64,000 bases of DNA from Chloroflexi bacterium B3_Chlor (GCA_005223035.1 NJBK01000012.1:815-64814), one strand, 5' to 3'; positions 47,075 through 56,639 are shown, counted from the stretch's first letter. The notes: a model not told the origin generated them from the sequence alone. Translations and numbers: made by a program.

Positions 47075-47986
47075 ATGATCCCTTCGGCCGTCGCAGATCT
47101 GATACGTCAGATGGCAGAGGACAGGACTTCGGGAGCCGTGGAGTTGACCCGGAAGGGTGCCGAGGCGCTGCTTCTGCTCGCCGACCAGACCACTGCGCAG
47201 GACACCTCGCAACTGCTCTCGGAGTTGCTCAGCACAGGAAGAGAGTTGATCAAGGCCCAATCCTCCATGGCTCCCCTTTTCAACCTGGTAAGCGCTGTAG
47301 TCTCAGGGCTCGAGACAGCGAAGGATGTGGGCGAAGCGAGGCGAACACTGGAAGCTACGGCCCGACGCTTCTCCGCCGATCTGGGCGTGAGGCGTGACAA
47401 AGTCGCTCTGGAAGCGCTTTCTCTCTTCTCTGACGGCCTCACCCTCTTGACGCACTCGCGCAGTTCCACGGTATTGGGAGCCCTCCTCCTGGCCAAGGAG
47501 CGGGGGCGTAGCTTCAAGGTCCTATGCACCGAATCCAGGCCTTTGTACGAAGGGCGAGAACTGGCCAGGGAACTGGCCGAGCAGGACATCGAAACCACAT
47601 TGATCACGGACTCCGCAGCGGCCCATTTCATGAGCAAGATTGATCTGGTCATCGTGGGGGCGGACAGTGTCTCCGCGGGGGGATTGGTGAACAAGATAGG
47701 AACGTACGGACTGGCACTAGCAGCGGCTGCCCAGGGAGTGCCCTTCTACGCTCTATCTGGGACCGAGAAGTTCCTGCCCGCGGATTACCCTCACATGGAG
47801 ATAGAGTTGAAGAACTCCCAAGAGCTATGGGAAGATCACCCTCCGACGGTGACGGTGCTCAACTACTACTTCGACGTCACGCCTCTGGAGTACGTCAGCG
47901 GGCTGGTGACAGAGAATGGGTTGCTCGGCCACGCTGACGTGGAGAGGATGGTCGGCCAGCTAGAGACACATGAGTTGCTTCGTTAG
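47075..47986 (+). CDS. eIF-2B alpha/beta/delta-family protein (sugar-phosphate isomerase type)
   Basis: ..LTHSRSSTV..CTESRPLYEGRELA..VGADSVSAGGLVNKIGTY.. Confidence 0.65.
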   Translation: MIPSAVADLIRQMAEDRTSGAVELTRKGAEALLLLADQTTAQDTSQLLSELLSTGRELIKAQSSMAPLFNLVSAVVSGLETAKDVGEARRTLEATARRFSADLGVRRDKVALEALSLFSDGLTLLTHSRSSTVLGALLLAKERGRSFKVLCTESRPLYEGRELARELAEQDIETTLITDSAAAHFMSKIDLVIVGADSVSAGGLVNKIGTYGLALAAAAQGVPFYALSGTEKFLPADYPHMEIELKNSQELWEDHPPTVTVLNYYFDVTPLEYVSGLVTENGLLGHADVERMVGQLETHELLR

Positions 47987-48015
47987 ATAGCACTAGGAGG
48001 ACCAAAAACCCTACC

Positions 48016-48840
48016 ATGGCAGAGCAAGTGAAGGTGGAGATCATCGCCGTGGGCAACGAGTTGCTCCTGGGCGATGTGCTGGATACCAACACCAACTGGC
48101 TGTGCAAGAGGATCACCGGCGTCGGCGGGCAGGTGACGAGGGCGGTGATGGTGAGAGATGAGCAGGAGGAAATCGTCGCCGAAATCAGGTCAGCGCTGGA
48201 GCGAGGATCGGAGTTGATCATCACTACGGGCGGGCTGGGTCCCACCGGGGATGACATCACCCTACAAGCGGTTGCAGAGGCAACGGGCTGTCCTCTGAAG
48301 TTGCACCGCGAAGCGCTGGCTCTGGTGAAGACGAGGTATCAGGAGTTGGCGAAGAAGCGGTACGTTGGGGACCCAGCTCTCACCGAGGCCAGGAAGAAGA
48401 TGGCCTACCTGCCTCGGGGAGCCAAACCAGTACCGAACCCTGTAGGCTCGGCTCCAGCGGTGATTCTAGAGGTAGGCAGGTCAATACTGGTCTCCCTACC
48501 CGGCGTGCCAGAGGAGTTGAAGGGCATCTATGAAGACACCCTGCAACCCACCCTGATGACGATGTTTGCCGACAGCTTCTACCAGGAAAGGGCCATCATC
48601 GCCCATTCCGGGGACGAATCGACGCTGGCGCCGATCTTGAAGGAGGTGGTGCACGCCCACCCCGCGGTCTATATCAAGTCCCGCGCCAGGCGCTTCGGGC
48701 CCGAGGTGGAGATCCTCATCACCCTCTCTTCCGCCGGCGATGGGAGGGAGGAAGTCGAGGGGAAGATAAGCAGCGCGCTGGAACAGCTCAAGACGAGTCT
48801 CGCCGAAGCAGAGATTGAAGTCGACCGAGCCGAGAGATGA
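48016..48840 (+). CDS. CinA-N-terminal-like molybdopterin-binding (MoCF_biosynth) domain protein
   Basis: ..EIIAVGNELLLGDVLDTNTNWL..TTGGLGPTGDDIT.. Confidence 0.7.
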   Translation: MAEQVKVEIIAVGNELLLGDVLDTNTNWLCKRITGVGGQVTRAVMVRDEQEEIVAEIRSALERGSELIITTGGLGPTGDDITLQAVAEATGCPLKLHREALALVKTRYQELAKKRYVGDPALTEARKKMAYLPRGAKPVPNPVGSAPAVILEVGRSILVSLPGVPEELKGIYEDTLQPTLMTMFADSFYQERAIIAHSGDESTLAPILKEVVHAHPAVYIKSRARRFGPEVEILITLSSAGDGREEVEGKISSALEQLKTSLAEAEIEVDRAER

Positions 48841-49031
48841 TCCTGCTTCCCGCTGGTGAGGGTGGCGTCAGGACTCAGTTCTCCACCACGCCTTGAGCCA
48901 CGTGTGTTTCATCGCATTGAGGGCCAGCCCCAGCCGCAGGGACGTCCATGCTGGCCCATTGATCGCGACGCAGGTCTCCCATTGAGCCTCGTGCCGCCCC
49001 ACAATCGCGATCAACACCTCTGCCAACTCCT

Positions 49032-49058
49032 GTAGGACAGGTTGCCAACCTGTCCTAC
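49032..49058. repeat. 27-nt perfect palindrome GTAGGACAGGTTG-C-CAACCTGTCCTAC (copy 1)
   Basis: 13-nt arms. It lies between convergent genes and overlaps the stop codon of 49055..49510. A second copy is at 54831..54857. Confidence 0.85.
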
Positions 49059-49510
49059 GGCTGGGGCTCCCTCCCCACCGTCCGCACCCGGTCGTAGTCC
49101 CTCCGCAGTTGGGCCAGGTCAGCGCGGCTGACCGGCTGATCTCCGTAGTGCACCCGCATGTAGGCAGCCGTGATCCGGTCTAGGGCCTCTTGCTGACCAC
49201 CGAAGGCTTCGGCCAGAACCGGTAAATAGTCGTCGGGGGGCTGAGCTGGACGCTGGGGATAACCTCGCTGCCCAGCCAGGCGGCACAGATTGGCGTACAT
49301 GTTCTGCAGGGAAATGGCTGCCAGCAACTGGCGACCGAACCCGAAGCGCCTCACCAGCCCGGCCTTCTCCCTCAGCCACTGTATCCCACGACCCAGGGTG
49401 CTGCCACCAAGCGTGATCTCCTCCTCGCTCTCCTCTTCGGCCTCGTCCCGGCGTGCGCGTGCGCGAATCTTATCCAGAGAGAGAAGGACGAAGCCGAGCA
49501 TAAGGAGCAT
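49055..49510 (-). CDS. Hypothetical protein, DUF4129-like C-terminus
   Basis: N-terminal TM segment, an acidic linker, and ..DDYLPVLAEAFGG..ITAAYMRVHYGDQPVS.. The family call is from memory. Confidence 0.4.
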   Translation of the reverse strand: MLLMLGFVLLSLDKIRARARRDEAEEESEEEITLGGSTLGRGIQWLREKAGLVRRFGFGRQLLAAISLQNMYANLCRLAGQRGYPQRPAQPPDDYLPVLAEAFGGQQEALDRITAAYMRVHYGDQPVSRADLAQLRRDYDRVRTVGREPQP

Positions 49511-49625
49511 CCGGCCCCAGAAAAAGGTTTGCCGCTGTGGTTGCTGATGATCAGGGCGCCCCCAGTATTGCGTTCCTCGTTGTCAACTCCGAAAACCGCG
49601 ACGTGGTTGAGCGTCGGATGCCCTC

Positions 49626-50306
49626 TCAGCCCACAATAGAGATCAACAGATCCACCATGGACCGCAGGATATTGACGTAGAAATTGCCCCCCAGGTCGCG
49701 AAATATCTGGAAGGGCAGGCCGGGAGCGCCGAAGAAGGGGCGCAGGGTCCAGGCCATCTGCGTTCCCACGAACCCGTAGACGAAGATCCAGATCCATAGA
49801 ATGAAGTTCCGGACCCCCATGCCCTTACCTTCGTGTACATGCCTCATCCCCTGCCACAGGAAGCTCAACCCCGCCACGCCGGTGATGGTCAGAATGCCCA
49901 CGTTGAGCAGCTTGTAAAACTGGTAGCTAGGCGCAGTGAGCCAGAAGAACAGGGCGATGGGCGCGAACGACAGGGTCAGCACCGCGGTGACAGCGATGGC
50001 GGTCATGATCAGGGCGAAGGTCTGCGCGAGCGTCAGCCGGGAGCCGAAGAGGAGGTTGAAGAAGTAGAGGGTAGGTAGGCAGATGGCTAAGGTTATCAGA
50101 TAGAGGATGGGAAGTTTGATGGCCGAGGAAAGCGCCTGCACGACGCTGTTTGAGATGCCTAGCACCGCCCCGTAGATGGCAAAGAAGAGCACCGCCCCGA
50201 TGAGCATGTTGCGGGTTTTGCGGCCGAGCTCGTCGCCCTCCCTTATCTCGTCGAAGAAACCGCCTCGGTTGCGTAAGATGCGCTCGATAACGTAGAATGG
50301 TTCCAT
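49626..50306 (-). CDS. Hypothetical polytopic membrane protein
   Basis: Six hydrophobic helices. Start taken at ATG 50306 (MEPFYVIERIL..). Confidence 0.5.
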   Translation of the reverse strand: MEPFYVIERILRNRGGFFDEIREGDELGRKTRNMLIGAVLFFAIYGAVLGISNSVVQALSSAIKLPILYLITLAICLPTLYFFNLLFGSRLTLAQTFALIMTAIAVTAVLTLSFAPIALFFWLTAPSYQFYKLLNVGILTITGVAGLSFLWQGMRHVHEGKGMGVRNFILWIWIFVYGFVGTQMAWTLRPFFGAPGLPFQIFRDLGGNFYVNILRSMVDLLISIVG

Positions 50307-50344
50307 GTTTCTGTCCTCCTCGTGGGCGAACTCTTCGTCCGCCT

Positions 50345-50806
50345 CTATAGTTGGGCTATGGTCACCAAGCTGAAGAAAGCCCAAACCCCGTAACCATAGC
50401 GCCAGTTCCTGAAGCTAAGGCCCGGCACCAACAGAGCAAGGATGGCCAAACAGGCGAAGACGAACGGTGTGGGACTGCCCTGCCAGTGGGCCAAAGTGCT
50501 TAGCAGGGGCAACAGGATCCACTTGAAGGTCAAGGCCAAGGCTACCGGTAGGAAGGCGGCCAAGACTGCCTGATTGGCCGAGTCGCAGTGTAGAAGGGCC
50601 AGCATTCTTCCCACTTCACGTGCATCACCGAAGTTACCCATGGCCGCCACTAGGCTCGCCTCGCTATCCAGCCCCCCTTCCTGCAGTTCGGCCGCAGCGT
50701 CTTCCAGGTGAACGCGAATCTCGCACAGAATCTCTTTCTCGGTTACGGGATCAACGCTCAGCTGGTTGGCTATCTCGGCCAGATACTTTTCCAATTCCTC
50801 GTTCAT
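50345..50806 (-). CDS. PadR-associated membrane protein, short paralog with an intact N-terminal helical domain
   Basis: MNEELEKYLAEIANQLSVDPVTEKEILCEIRVHLEDAAAELQEGG..GNFGDAREVGRML.. followed by about 3 TM segments. Confidence 0.55.
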   Translation of the reverse strand: MNEELEKYLAEIANQLSVDPVTEKEILCEIRVHLEDAAAELQEGGLDSEASLVAAMGNFGDAREVGRMLALLHCDSANQAVLAAFLPVALALTFKWILLPLLSTLAHWQGSPTPFVFACLAILALLVPGLSFRNWRYGYGVWAFFSLVTIAQL

Positions 50807-50904
50807 CGCCTAAGCAACTCCACAACGTAGAAAGACCGGCCCTCGCCCTGGAAACCTCCCGTGGCCCCGTATCCAATGTGCTCGTGGCCGGACTGCTCAT
50901 TTCC

Positions 50905-52138
50905 TTAACGTGTGCTCAGTAGGTTATCTCCTGTTACCATCGCCGCGTCGTCGGTCAAAGCGCCCCTCCCGTGCCTGACGTTAGTCAGCCGGCCTTGGCG
51001 TCCAATCCAATGATACATCACCGCGGCCAGAGCCACTGCCATCAAGAACTGGATAGATCCTATGGCCCGCATTAGCCAGTGCCAATCATCCAAATAGTAT
51101 GGGCGCACGGTGCCGCTAATGATTTCGCCACTGACCAGGGCGATGAAAACTGGCACTAACAACCCGCAAACCCGCCCCCGCGTCGAGCGCGAGAGCAATA
51201 CCCAGATGGGCGAAACTACGAGAAAGAATGTCGCAGGGATAACAGAGACCAGCGTCACAATTGTCGCGTTGGACGTCCATAAACCCAATGCGTAAGCAGG
51301 ATCGAAAATCCCGTCCACCAGAACAAACTCGGCAGCAACGACGATGAGGCCCGCCAGCAAGCCGTAACGCCGAGCCAGCGGCAGGCCTATCGCTACGGGC
51401 AGCAGGATCAAACCCATCCCCCAGAATGTGGGCGGTAGCGTGGCCAGAAGGGCCGTCCACCTATTCGGATTGCGATCGGCAATGGTTGAAGTGATAACGC
51501 CAGCCATCACAACCAGGAGCACCAGGCCAAGAAGGACCCACGTCAGTCGAGGAATACGGCTCCGGTGCTGTCTGTAAACACGGTACACGGCGAAGGCGCC
51601 AATTGCAGCAAGTACAACCAAAATCAGTACAGGGCCTGCGACTTGCCAAAATGGGCTGGTGTAGTCCACAAACGGAGGAGGCATCCACCGCCATACACCT
51701 ATGAGGATTATGCCCAATGCGGGAAAGCTCCAGACGGCAAGTCGGCGCTTGCGGACAAGCCCCGCGCCAATCAGCAGCACACATACAGCGATCAAGCCAC
51801 TCTCGTCGAGAGCGTGCCCGATGCTCGTCCCGAAGACCGCCTTGAAAAGGCCACTACTGGTGCCAATGGCGAACAGTCCAGGCAAGATAGCCAATCCAAC
51901 TTTCACCCAATCCGAGTCATTGTGCAAACGCCCCAGCATTCTTCCGACCTCCCGGGGTTCGCCGAAGTTGTCTGTCACTTGTGCCAGGCTCTCCCCCTCA
52001 CACAGTCCCTCTTCTTGCAGCTCAGCCATAGCTTCCTCCAGGTGAACGTATCTCGTCCAGAATCTCTTTCTCGGTTACGGGATCAACGCTCAGCTGGTTG
52101 GCTATCTCGGCCAGATACTTTTCCAATTCCTCGTTCAT
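50905..52138 (-). pseudogene. PadR-associated polytopic membrane protein, frameshifted near codon 30 (or split/truncated gene)
   Basis: ATG 52138 opens MNEELEKYLAEIANQLSVDPVTEKEILDEI, then the frame is lost (stop at 52022..52024). The main ORF 50905..52029 continues in another frame. Alignment to 50345..50806 shows a 2-nt deletion (GAGATTCGCGTTCACC versus GAGATACGTTCACC). Confidence 0.55.
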
Positions 52139-52236
52139 CGCCTAAGCAACTCCACAACGTAGAAAGACCGGCCCTCGCCCTGGAAACCTCCCGTGGCTCC
52201 TTATCCAATGCGCTCGCGGCCGCAGTGCTCGTTTCC

Positions 52237-53283
52237 TTACATTGTGCTCAGTACGTTACCTGCTGTTACCGTCGCTGCGTCGTCGGTCAAAGCGCCCCTG
52301 CCGTGCCTGATGTTAGTCAGCCGGTCTTGGCGTCCAATCCAATGATACATCACCGCCGCCAGGGCCAATGCCGTCAGGAACTGGGCAGATCCTATGGCCC
52401 GCATGAGCCAATGCAAATAGTATGGGCGCACGCTGCCGCTAATGATCTCAACACTGACCAGGGCGACAAACACTGGCAGTAACAACCCCCAAACGCGCCC
52501 CCGCGTCGAGCGGGAGGCCAATACGCAGATGGGCGAAACCACGAGAAAGAATACCGCAGGGATAACAGATACCAGCGTCACAATTGTCGGGTTGGACGCC
52601 CATATCACCAATCCGTAAGCAGGATCCAAGATCCAGTCTACCAGAACAAAGTCGGCAGCAACGACGACGAGCCCCGCCAGTAAACCGTTGCGCCGAGCCA
52701 GCGGCAAGCCTATCGCAACGGGCAGCAGAATCACACCTATTACCAACAGTGTGCCCGGTAGCATAACCGAAAGAGCCGCCCACTTATTGGCACTGCCATC
52801 GGCAATGGTTGGAGTGATAACGCCAGCCGTGGCCTCCAGAATCACGAGGCCAAGAAGGACCCATGCCAGCCGAGGAAGGCGGGTCCTGTGCTGTCTGTAA
52901 ACACGGCACACGGCGAAGCCGCCAATTCCGGCAACCACAGCCAGCAACACGTAAAAAGCCCTAATGAACCATATTAGGCTGGCTCCGTCTACAAAAGGGA
53001 GGCGCACCCACCACGATATACAGACGTATATTGCCGATAGAGGGAAGAGCAGTATTCCCAATGCGGGAAAGCTCCAGACCGCAATCCGGCGCTCGCGGGC
53101 AAACCCCATCCCAATCACCAGGACACACAAAGCGACGAAGCCACCTTGCTCGAGGGCGTGCCCGAAGCTCGTCCCGAAGACCGCCTGGAAAAGGCCAGTA
53201 CTGGTGCCAATGGCGAACAATCCAGGCAATATGGCCAATCCAACTTTCATCCAGTGCGTGGGGGTGGATGAGGAATTCCGCAT
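52237..53283 (-). CDS. Polytopic membrane protein, paralog of 50905..52029 that lacks the N-terminal soluble domain
   Basis: ..WMKVGLAILPGLFAIGTSTGLFQAVFGTSFGHAL.. with about 10 TM segments. Start taken at ATG 53283; the track start at 53403 overlaps padR. Confidence 0.55.
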   Translation of the reverse strand: MRNSSSTPTHWMKVGLAILPGLFAIGTSTGLFQAVFGTSFGHALEQGGFVALCVLVIGMGFARERRIAVWSFPALGILLFPLSAIYVCISWWVRLPFVDGASLIWFIRAFYVLLAVVAGIGGFAVCRVYRQHRTRLPRLAWVLLGLVILEATAGVITPTIADGSANKWAALSVMLPGTLLVIGVILLPVAIGLPLARRNGLLAGLVVVAADFVLVDWILDPAYGLVIWASNPTIVTLVSVIPAVFFLVVSPICVLASRSTRGRVWGLLLPVFVALVSVEIISGSVRPYYLHWLMRAIGSAQFLTALALAAVMYHWIGRQDRLTNIRHGRGALTDDAATVTAGNVLSTM

Positions 53284-53368
53284 TTCAACCTTCTTTCGCG
53301 GCACACGTCCTCGGCCTTGGTGAGGCAAGTGCGCATGACTGTTCCCTCCGCACGCTTGGCAATAGGAA

Positions 53369-53713
53369 CTAGCCAGAAACTGGCTCGGTGCCTCCCTCAC
53401 CAAGGATGCTCAGTAGCCTCTGAGAGAAGGTCGCCCACTCTTTCGCTGAATGGGCCAGCGCCCTTCTCCCTTCCTCAGTGATGTGGTAATACTTGCGAGA
53501 AGGCCCTTTCTCCACAACCTGCCACTCGCTCCTCAAGAGGCCGTCTTTCTCCATTCGATGCAAGGCAGGGTACAACGTACCCTCTTTGAAAGAGAAATAG
53601 CCGTCGCTACGATGCTTCAGCTCCTTGGCGATCTGATACCCATACATGGGCCTCTCGGCCAACATGTTCAGAATCAGCACCCTGCTACTGCCCTTCCTGA
53701 AATCTCTCTCCAT
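53369..53713 (-). CDS. PadR-family transcriptional regulator
   Basis: ..RVLILNMLAERPMYGYQIAKEL..FKEGTLYPALHRMEKDGLL..KYYHITEEG.. Start taken at ATG 53713 behind GGAGGACAGGG. Confidence 0.85.
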   Translation of the reverse strand: MERDFRKGSSRVLILNMLAERPMYGYQIAKELKHRSDGYFSFKEGTLYPALHRMEKDGLLRSEWQVVEKGPSRKYYHITEEGRRALAHSAKEWATFSQRLLSILGEGGTEPVSG

Positions 53714-53871
53714 GACCCTGTCCTCCAACTTTGTTTTCCCGGCGATGGTGCAGCTTGCGGGGCTCTGTCCAGCGAGGGTAACCTCTGGCTTCTAGCTGTT
53801 CCCGGTGTCCGACAGCGTCCGGTGCGGAACAAGCGTCAAATTGGGACGCCAGCCGCCTAGACCGTTATCAC

Positions 53872-54552
53872 TCAACCACACGCTCCCCTGATCAGCCACC
53901 AGTAAATGGTCGGTGGCAAGAACACTGGCCACAACAGCACAGATGGCACCATCCAGAGAGCGGCCATCACCCGCTGACCCAACGATAGGCCAGGAGCCCA
54001 GACCGGCATGTGCGATGGATCGTCTGGGTCAGCCAGTAGCTGAACCCACACTGCAAACACCAAGCCAGGGACCAGATAGATAATGATCGCTATCAGTAGC
54101 AACTTGCGCGTTGTTGTAACCCCTTCATAGCTGAGGTCACGAAGAATGCAGTACAGGATGAGGGCGCCAATAGCCAGCAGTATGACGTGAGGAATTCCAT
54201 ACCTCCAGTGTATGACAAATGAACCTGGATGGTCTGAGATCCCATAACCGTGACCTGCAAACCAACCGTAGATTGGGGGTAGCTGCAAGAGCGTCAAGAG
54301 AGAGTACCCCAGTCCTAAGATGAGCTTGAAGGGTCTTGCCCGTCGAAGTCCTAACGCCAGGGAAAGGATGGCAAGAACGATACCCGTGTACAAGGAGACC
54401 CGGCCCCACAATAGCACGTAATCATAGAATTCAGCCTCGGCTGGCCCGAGAGCACGATAGATAGATATGTAGATATATGGAAGCCCCAGAGCTATCGCTC
54501 CCAAGCTTCCTGCAAGCATCAAACCAATGTTCCTCATCGAATAGGTCCTCAC
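53872..54552 (-). CDS. Hypothetical polytopic membrane protein
   Basis: Seven hydrophobic segments and no recognisable motif. The start is GTG 54552 or ATG 54537. Confidence 0.45.
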   Translation of the reverse strand: MRTYSMRNIGLMLAGSLGAIALGLPYIYISIYRALGPAEAEFYDYVLLWGRVSLYTGIVLAILSLALGLRRARPFKLILGLGYSLLTLLQLPPIYGWFAGHGYGISDHPGSFVIHWRYGIPHVILLAIGALILYCILRDLSYEGVTTTRKLLLIAIIIYLVPGLVFAVWVQLLADPDDPSHMPVWAPGLSLGQRVMAALWMVPSVLLWPVFLPPTIYWWLIRGACG

Positions 54553-54633
54553 ATGATACGTGTGGCGACGCGAATCCCAGCGAAGCAGAATCGTGTGTTC
54601 GTCTAGTACATAGACTATCTATATACCTAGGAT

Positions 54634-54662
54634 ACTATACTACATTTTCAAGAAGTTGTCAA
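54634..54662 (-). promoter_or_regulatory. Sigma70-type promoter TTGACA-17 nt-TATAGT
   Basis: The minus strand reads gacTTGACAacttcttgaaaatgtagTATAGTatc, in an AT-rich patch upstream of 53872..54552. Confidence 0.55.
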
Positions 54663-54830
54663 GTCTGCCTCCAACACGGTGTGGAAAAACGCTTCCCGAA
54701 CCCAGCGGTGCACTGCGAGCCCTGCTGCACGACGGATTGTCCCAGGCCCCGGAGGTCTGCTATCCATCCTGCGAGGCCAAGTGAACTCCGTAGCGTTTTG
54801 CCCCCACGCCTGGGGGTGAACCGCAGTGCC

Positions 54831-54857
54831 GTAGGGCAGGTTGGCAACCTGTCCTAC
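54831..54857. repeat. 27-nt palindrome, copy 2 (GTAGGGCAGGTTG-G-CAACCTGTCCTAC)
   Basis: Differs from copy 1 at one arm position (a G.U pair in RNA) and at the centre base. It lies about 75 nt upstream of the GT2 gene. Confidence 0.85.
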
Positions 54858-54933
54858 GTTTGCGGTCGACGGGCGAAGATGCTATACTTGTCCAATTGTT
54901 GCTCGACCTAGCGACACATGAGGAGTGCATACT

Positions 54934-56436
54934 GTGGTTGTTCTGAGCATAATCTATGCCCTGGGGGCAGTCTGGCTGGTCCTCTACTCGCTGAACTACT
55001 TCGTGTTGACCTTCCTGCACTTGCGGCATCGAAAGGACAAGCTCTCCAATCCAACGTTGAGGAGCTTTCCAGACGTGACCGTTCAATTGCCCGTGTTCAA
55101 CGAGGCACACGTCATAGAACGTTTGATAGACAACGCAGTCCAACTGACGTATCCGCAGGACAAGCTCCAGATCCAGGTCTTGGATGATTCGACCGACGAA
55201 ACAACGCCCCTGGCCCAGGCCAGGGTGGCATATCATCGCGCTCAAGGGGTAGACATAGAACTGATCCATCGCGATAGCCGGGCCGATTTCAAGGCGGGGG
55301 CATTGCGAGAGAGCATGAAGAGGGCCAAGGGGGAATTCATCGCCCTGTTTGATGCGGACTTTCTCCCTCCTCCAGACTTCCTCTTGAAGACCATCCCCTA
55401 CTTTCTTTCGCACAGGCGCCTGGGGTTCCTTCAAACCCGATGGGGGCACATCAACCGCGCCTATTCACCCCTGACCCGCGCTCAGGCCATAGCGTTGGAT
55501 GGCCATTTCGGCGTGGAGCAGACCGCCCGGCACCGCACGGGCCTTTTCCTCAACTTCAACGGTTCCGCCGGTGTCTGGCGCAAGGAGTGCATCGAGGATG
55601 CTGGGGGCTGGCAAGGAGATACTCTCTGCGAGGACCTGGACCTGAGCTACAGGGCTCAATTGGCAGGCTGGGAACCGCTCTACCTGCAGGATGTAATCTG
55701 CCCGGCGGAGATCCCCCCTCAGATCCATGCCTTCAAGCGGCAGCAAGCTCGTTGGGCCAGGGGTTCGATCAGGTGCGCCATCAAGCTCTGGCGTCCAATC
55801 CTCAGGGCACCCGTCTCGCCCTTCAAGCGCCTTCAGGGCCTCATTCATCTGAGCAGTTATCTTGTTCATCCCTTGATGCTACTGATCCTGCTCCTCTCGG
55901 TCCCTTTGCTGATTGTGCGACAACCCGTTGCCTTTCCGTTGACTTATCTGAGTCTCGCCAGTCTGGGACCGCCGACCCTGTACGCACTGGCGCAGCAAAC
56001 CCTGTATTCCGACTGGCTCAAACGGATGCGATACTTCCCTCTTCTGGTTCTTCTGGGCACCGGGCTGACGCTGAGCAACGCCAGAGCCATGTACGAGGAG
56101 GTAAGGGGGAAAACCGAGAAGTTTGGCCGCACACCCAAGTTCAGCCTGGAGAAGCATCGAGACGACTGGAGAAGCAGTAGGTACGCTTTGTCCTTTGACT
56201 GGACGGCTTTGGGGGAGATGCTAGGGGCATTGTACGCCTTACTGGGAGTCGTCGTAGCCTTGCAGCAAGGCAATTACTTCGCCATACCGTTCCTCATGCT
56301 TTACGCCCTGGGGTTCGGCTGCGTGGCCTCACTCACCGTCCTTCATTCTGGGCTCGGTTGGACGCGAGATAGAGCCCCATTGACCAGGGCAGAAAGACCC
56401 CTCGCAGGGGGTGCTCACCCCACCTGGAGACGCTGA
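54934..56436 (+). CDS. Processive GT2-family glycosyltransferase (cellulose/chitin/glucosyl-lipid synthase-like) with C-terminal TM segments
   Basis: DDSTDET, FDADF, CEDLDLSYR and QQARWARG (QxxRW). Start set to GTG 54934, 8 nt after AGGAG; the track start is 54925. Confidence 0.8.
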   Translation: MVVLSIIYALGAVWLVLYSLNYFVLTFLHLRHRKDKLSNPTLRSFPDVTVQLPVFNEAHVIERLIDNAVQLTYPQDKLQIQVLDDSTDETTPLAQARVAYHRAQGVDIELIHRDSRADFKAGALRESMKRAKGEFIALFDADFLPPPDFLLKTIPYFLSHRRLGFLQTRWGHINRAYSPLTRAQAIALDGHFGVEQTARHRTGLFLNFNGSAGVWRKECIEDAGGWQGDTLCEDLDLSYRAQLAGWEPLYLQDVICPAEIPPQIHAFKRQQARWARGSIRCAIKLWRPILRAPVSPFKRLQGLIHLSSYLVHPLMLLILLLSVPLLIVRQPVAFPLTYLSLASLGPPTLYALAQQTLYSDWLKRMRYFPLLVLLGTGLTLSNARAMYEEVRGKTEKFGRTPKFSLEKHRDDWRSSRYALSFDWTALGEMLGALYALLGVVVALQQGNYFAIPFLMLYALGFGCVASLTVLHSGLGWTRDRAPLTRAERPLAGGAHPTWRR

Positions 56437-56639
56437 GCAGATGACAGGGTCGTCGACAAGCCTTGAGACTTCGCGACGAAGTCTTGGGTAAGGTCTGCAG
56501 ATCCTGCAAAGATACAGTCAGGGGCCTCCTGACCAACCCTCCTGCCTCTACTCCGTTCAGGATTGACTCCCAGGCCCCTATGTCGTATAATGTCACTGCT
56601 TCATCCCATGCGCAATACTGCCCACTCAGGAATCCTCCG

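Larger units (their letters stand above)
50726..53300. repeat. Tandem duplication, 2 units with a period of 1332 bp
   Basis: 50726..50865 is identical to 52058..52197 (140/140 nt). The stops of the two paralogs, at 50905 and 52237, are exactly 1332 bp apart. The rest of the unit has diverged; the proteins are about three quarters identical by eye. Confidence 0.85.

Noticed and set aside
48873-49031. A stop-free minus-strand frame reading ..ELAEVLIAIVGRHEAQWETCVAINGPAWTSLRLGLALNAMKHTWLKAWWRTES*, between the cinA-like gene and palindrome copy 1.
   Set aside because: It looks protein-like but has no start codon or SD of its own and I can assign no family. It could be a gene remnant, which cannot be supported without a database search.
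54760-55449. A 229-aa minus-strand ORF overlapping the 5' end of the GT2 gene and palindrome copy 2.
   Set aside because: It lies antisense to a GT2 gene with unambiguous catalytic motifs and has no motifs of its own.
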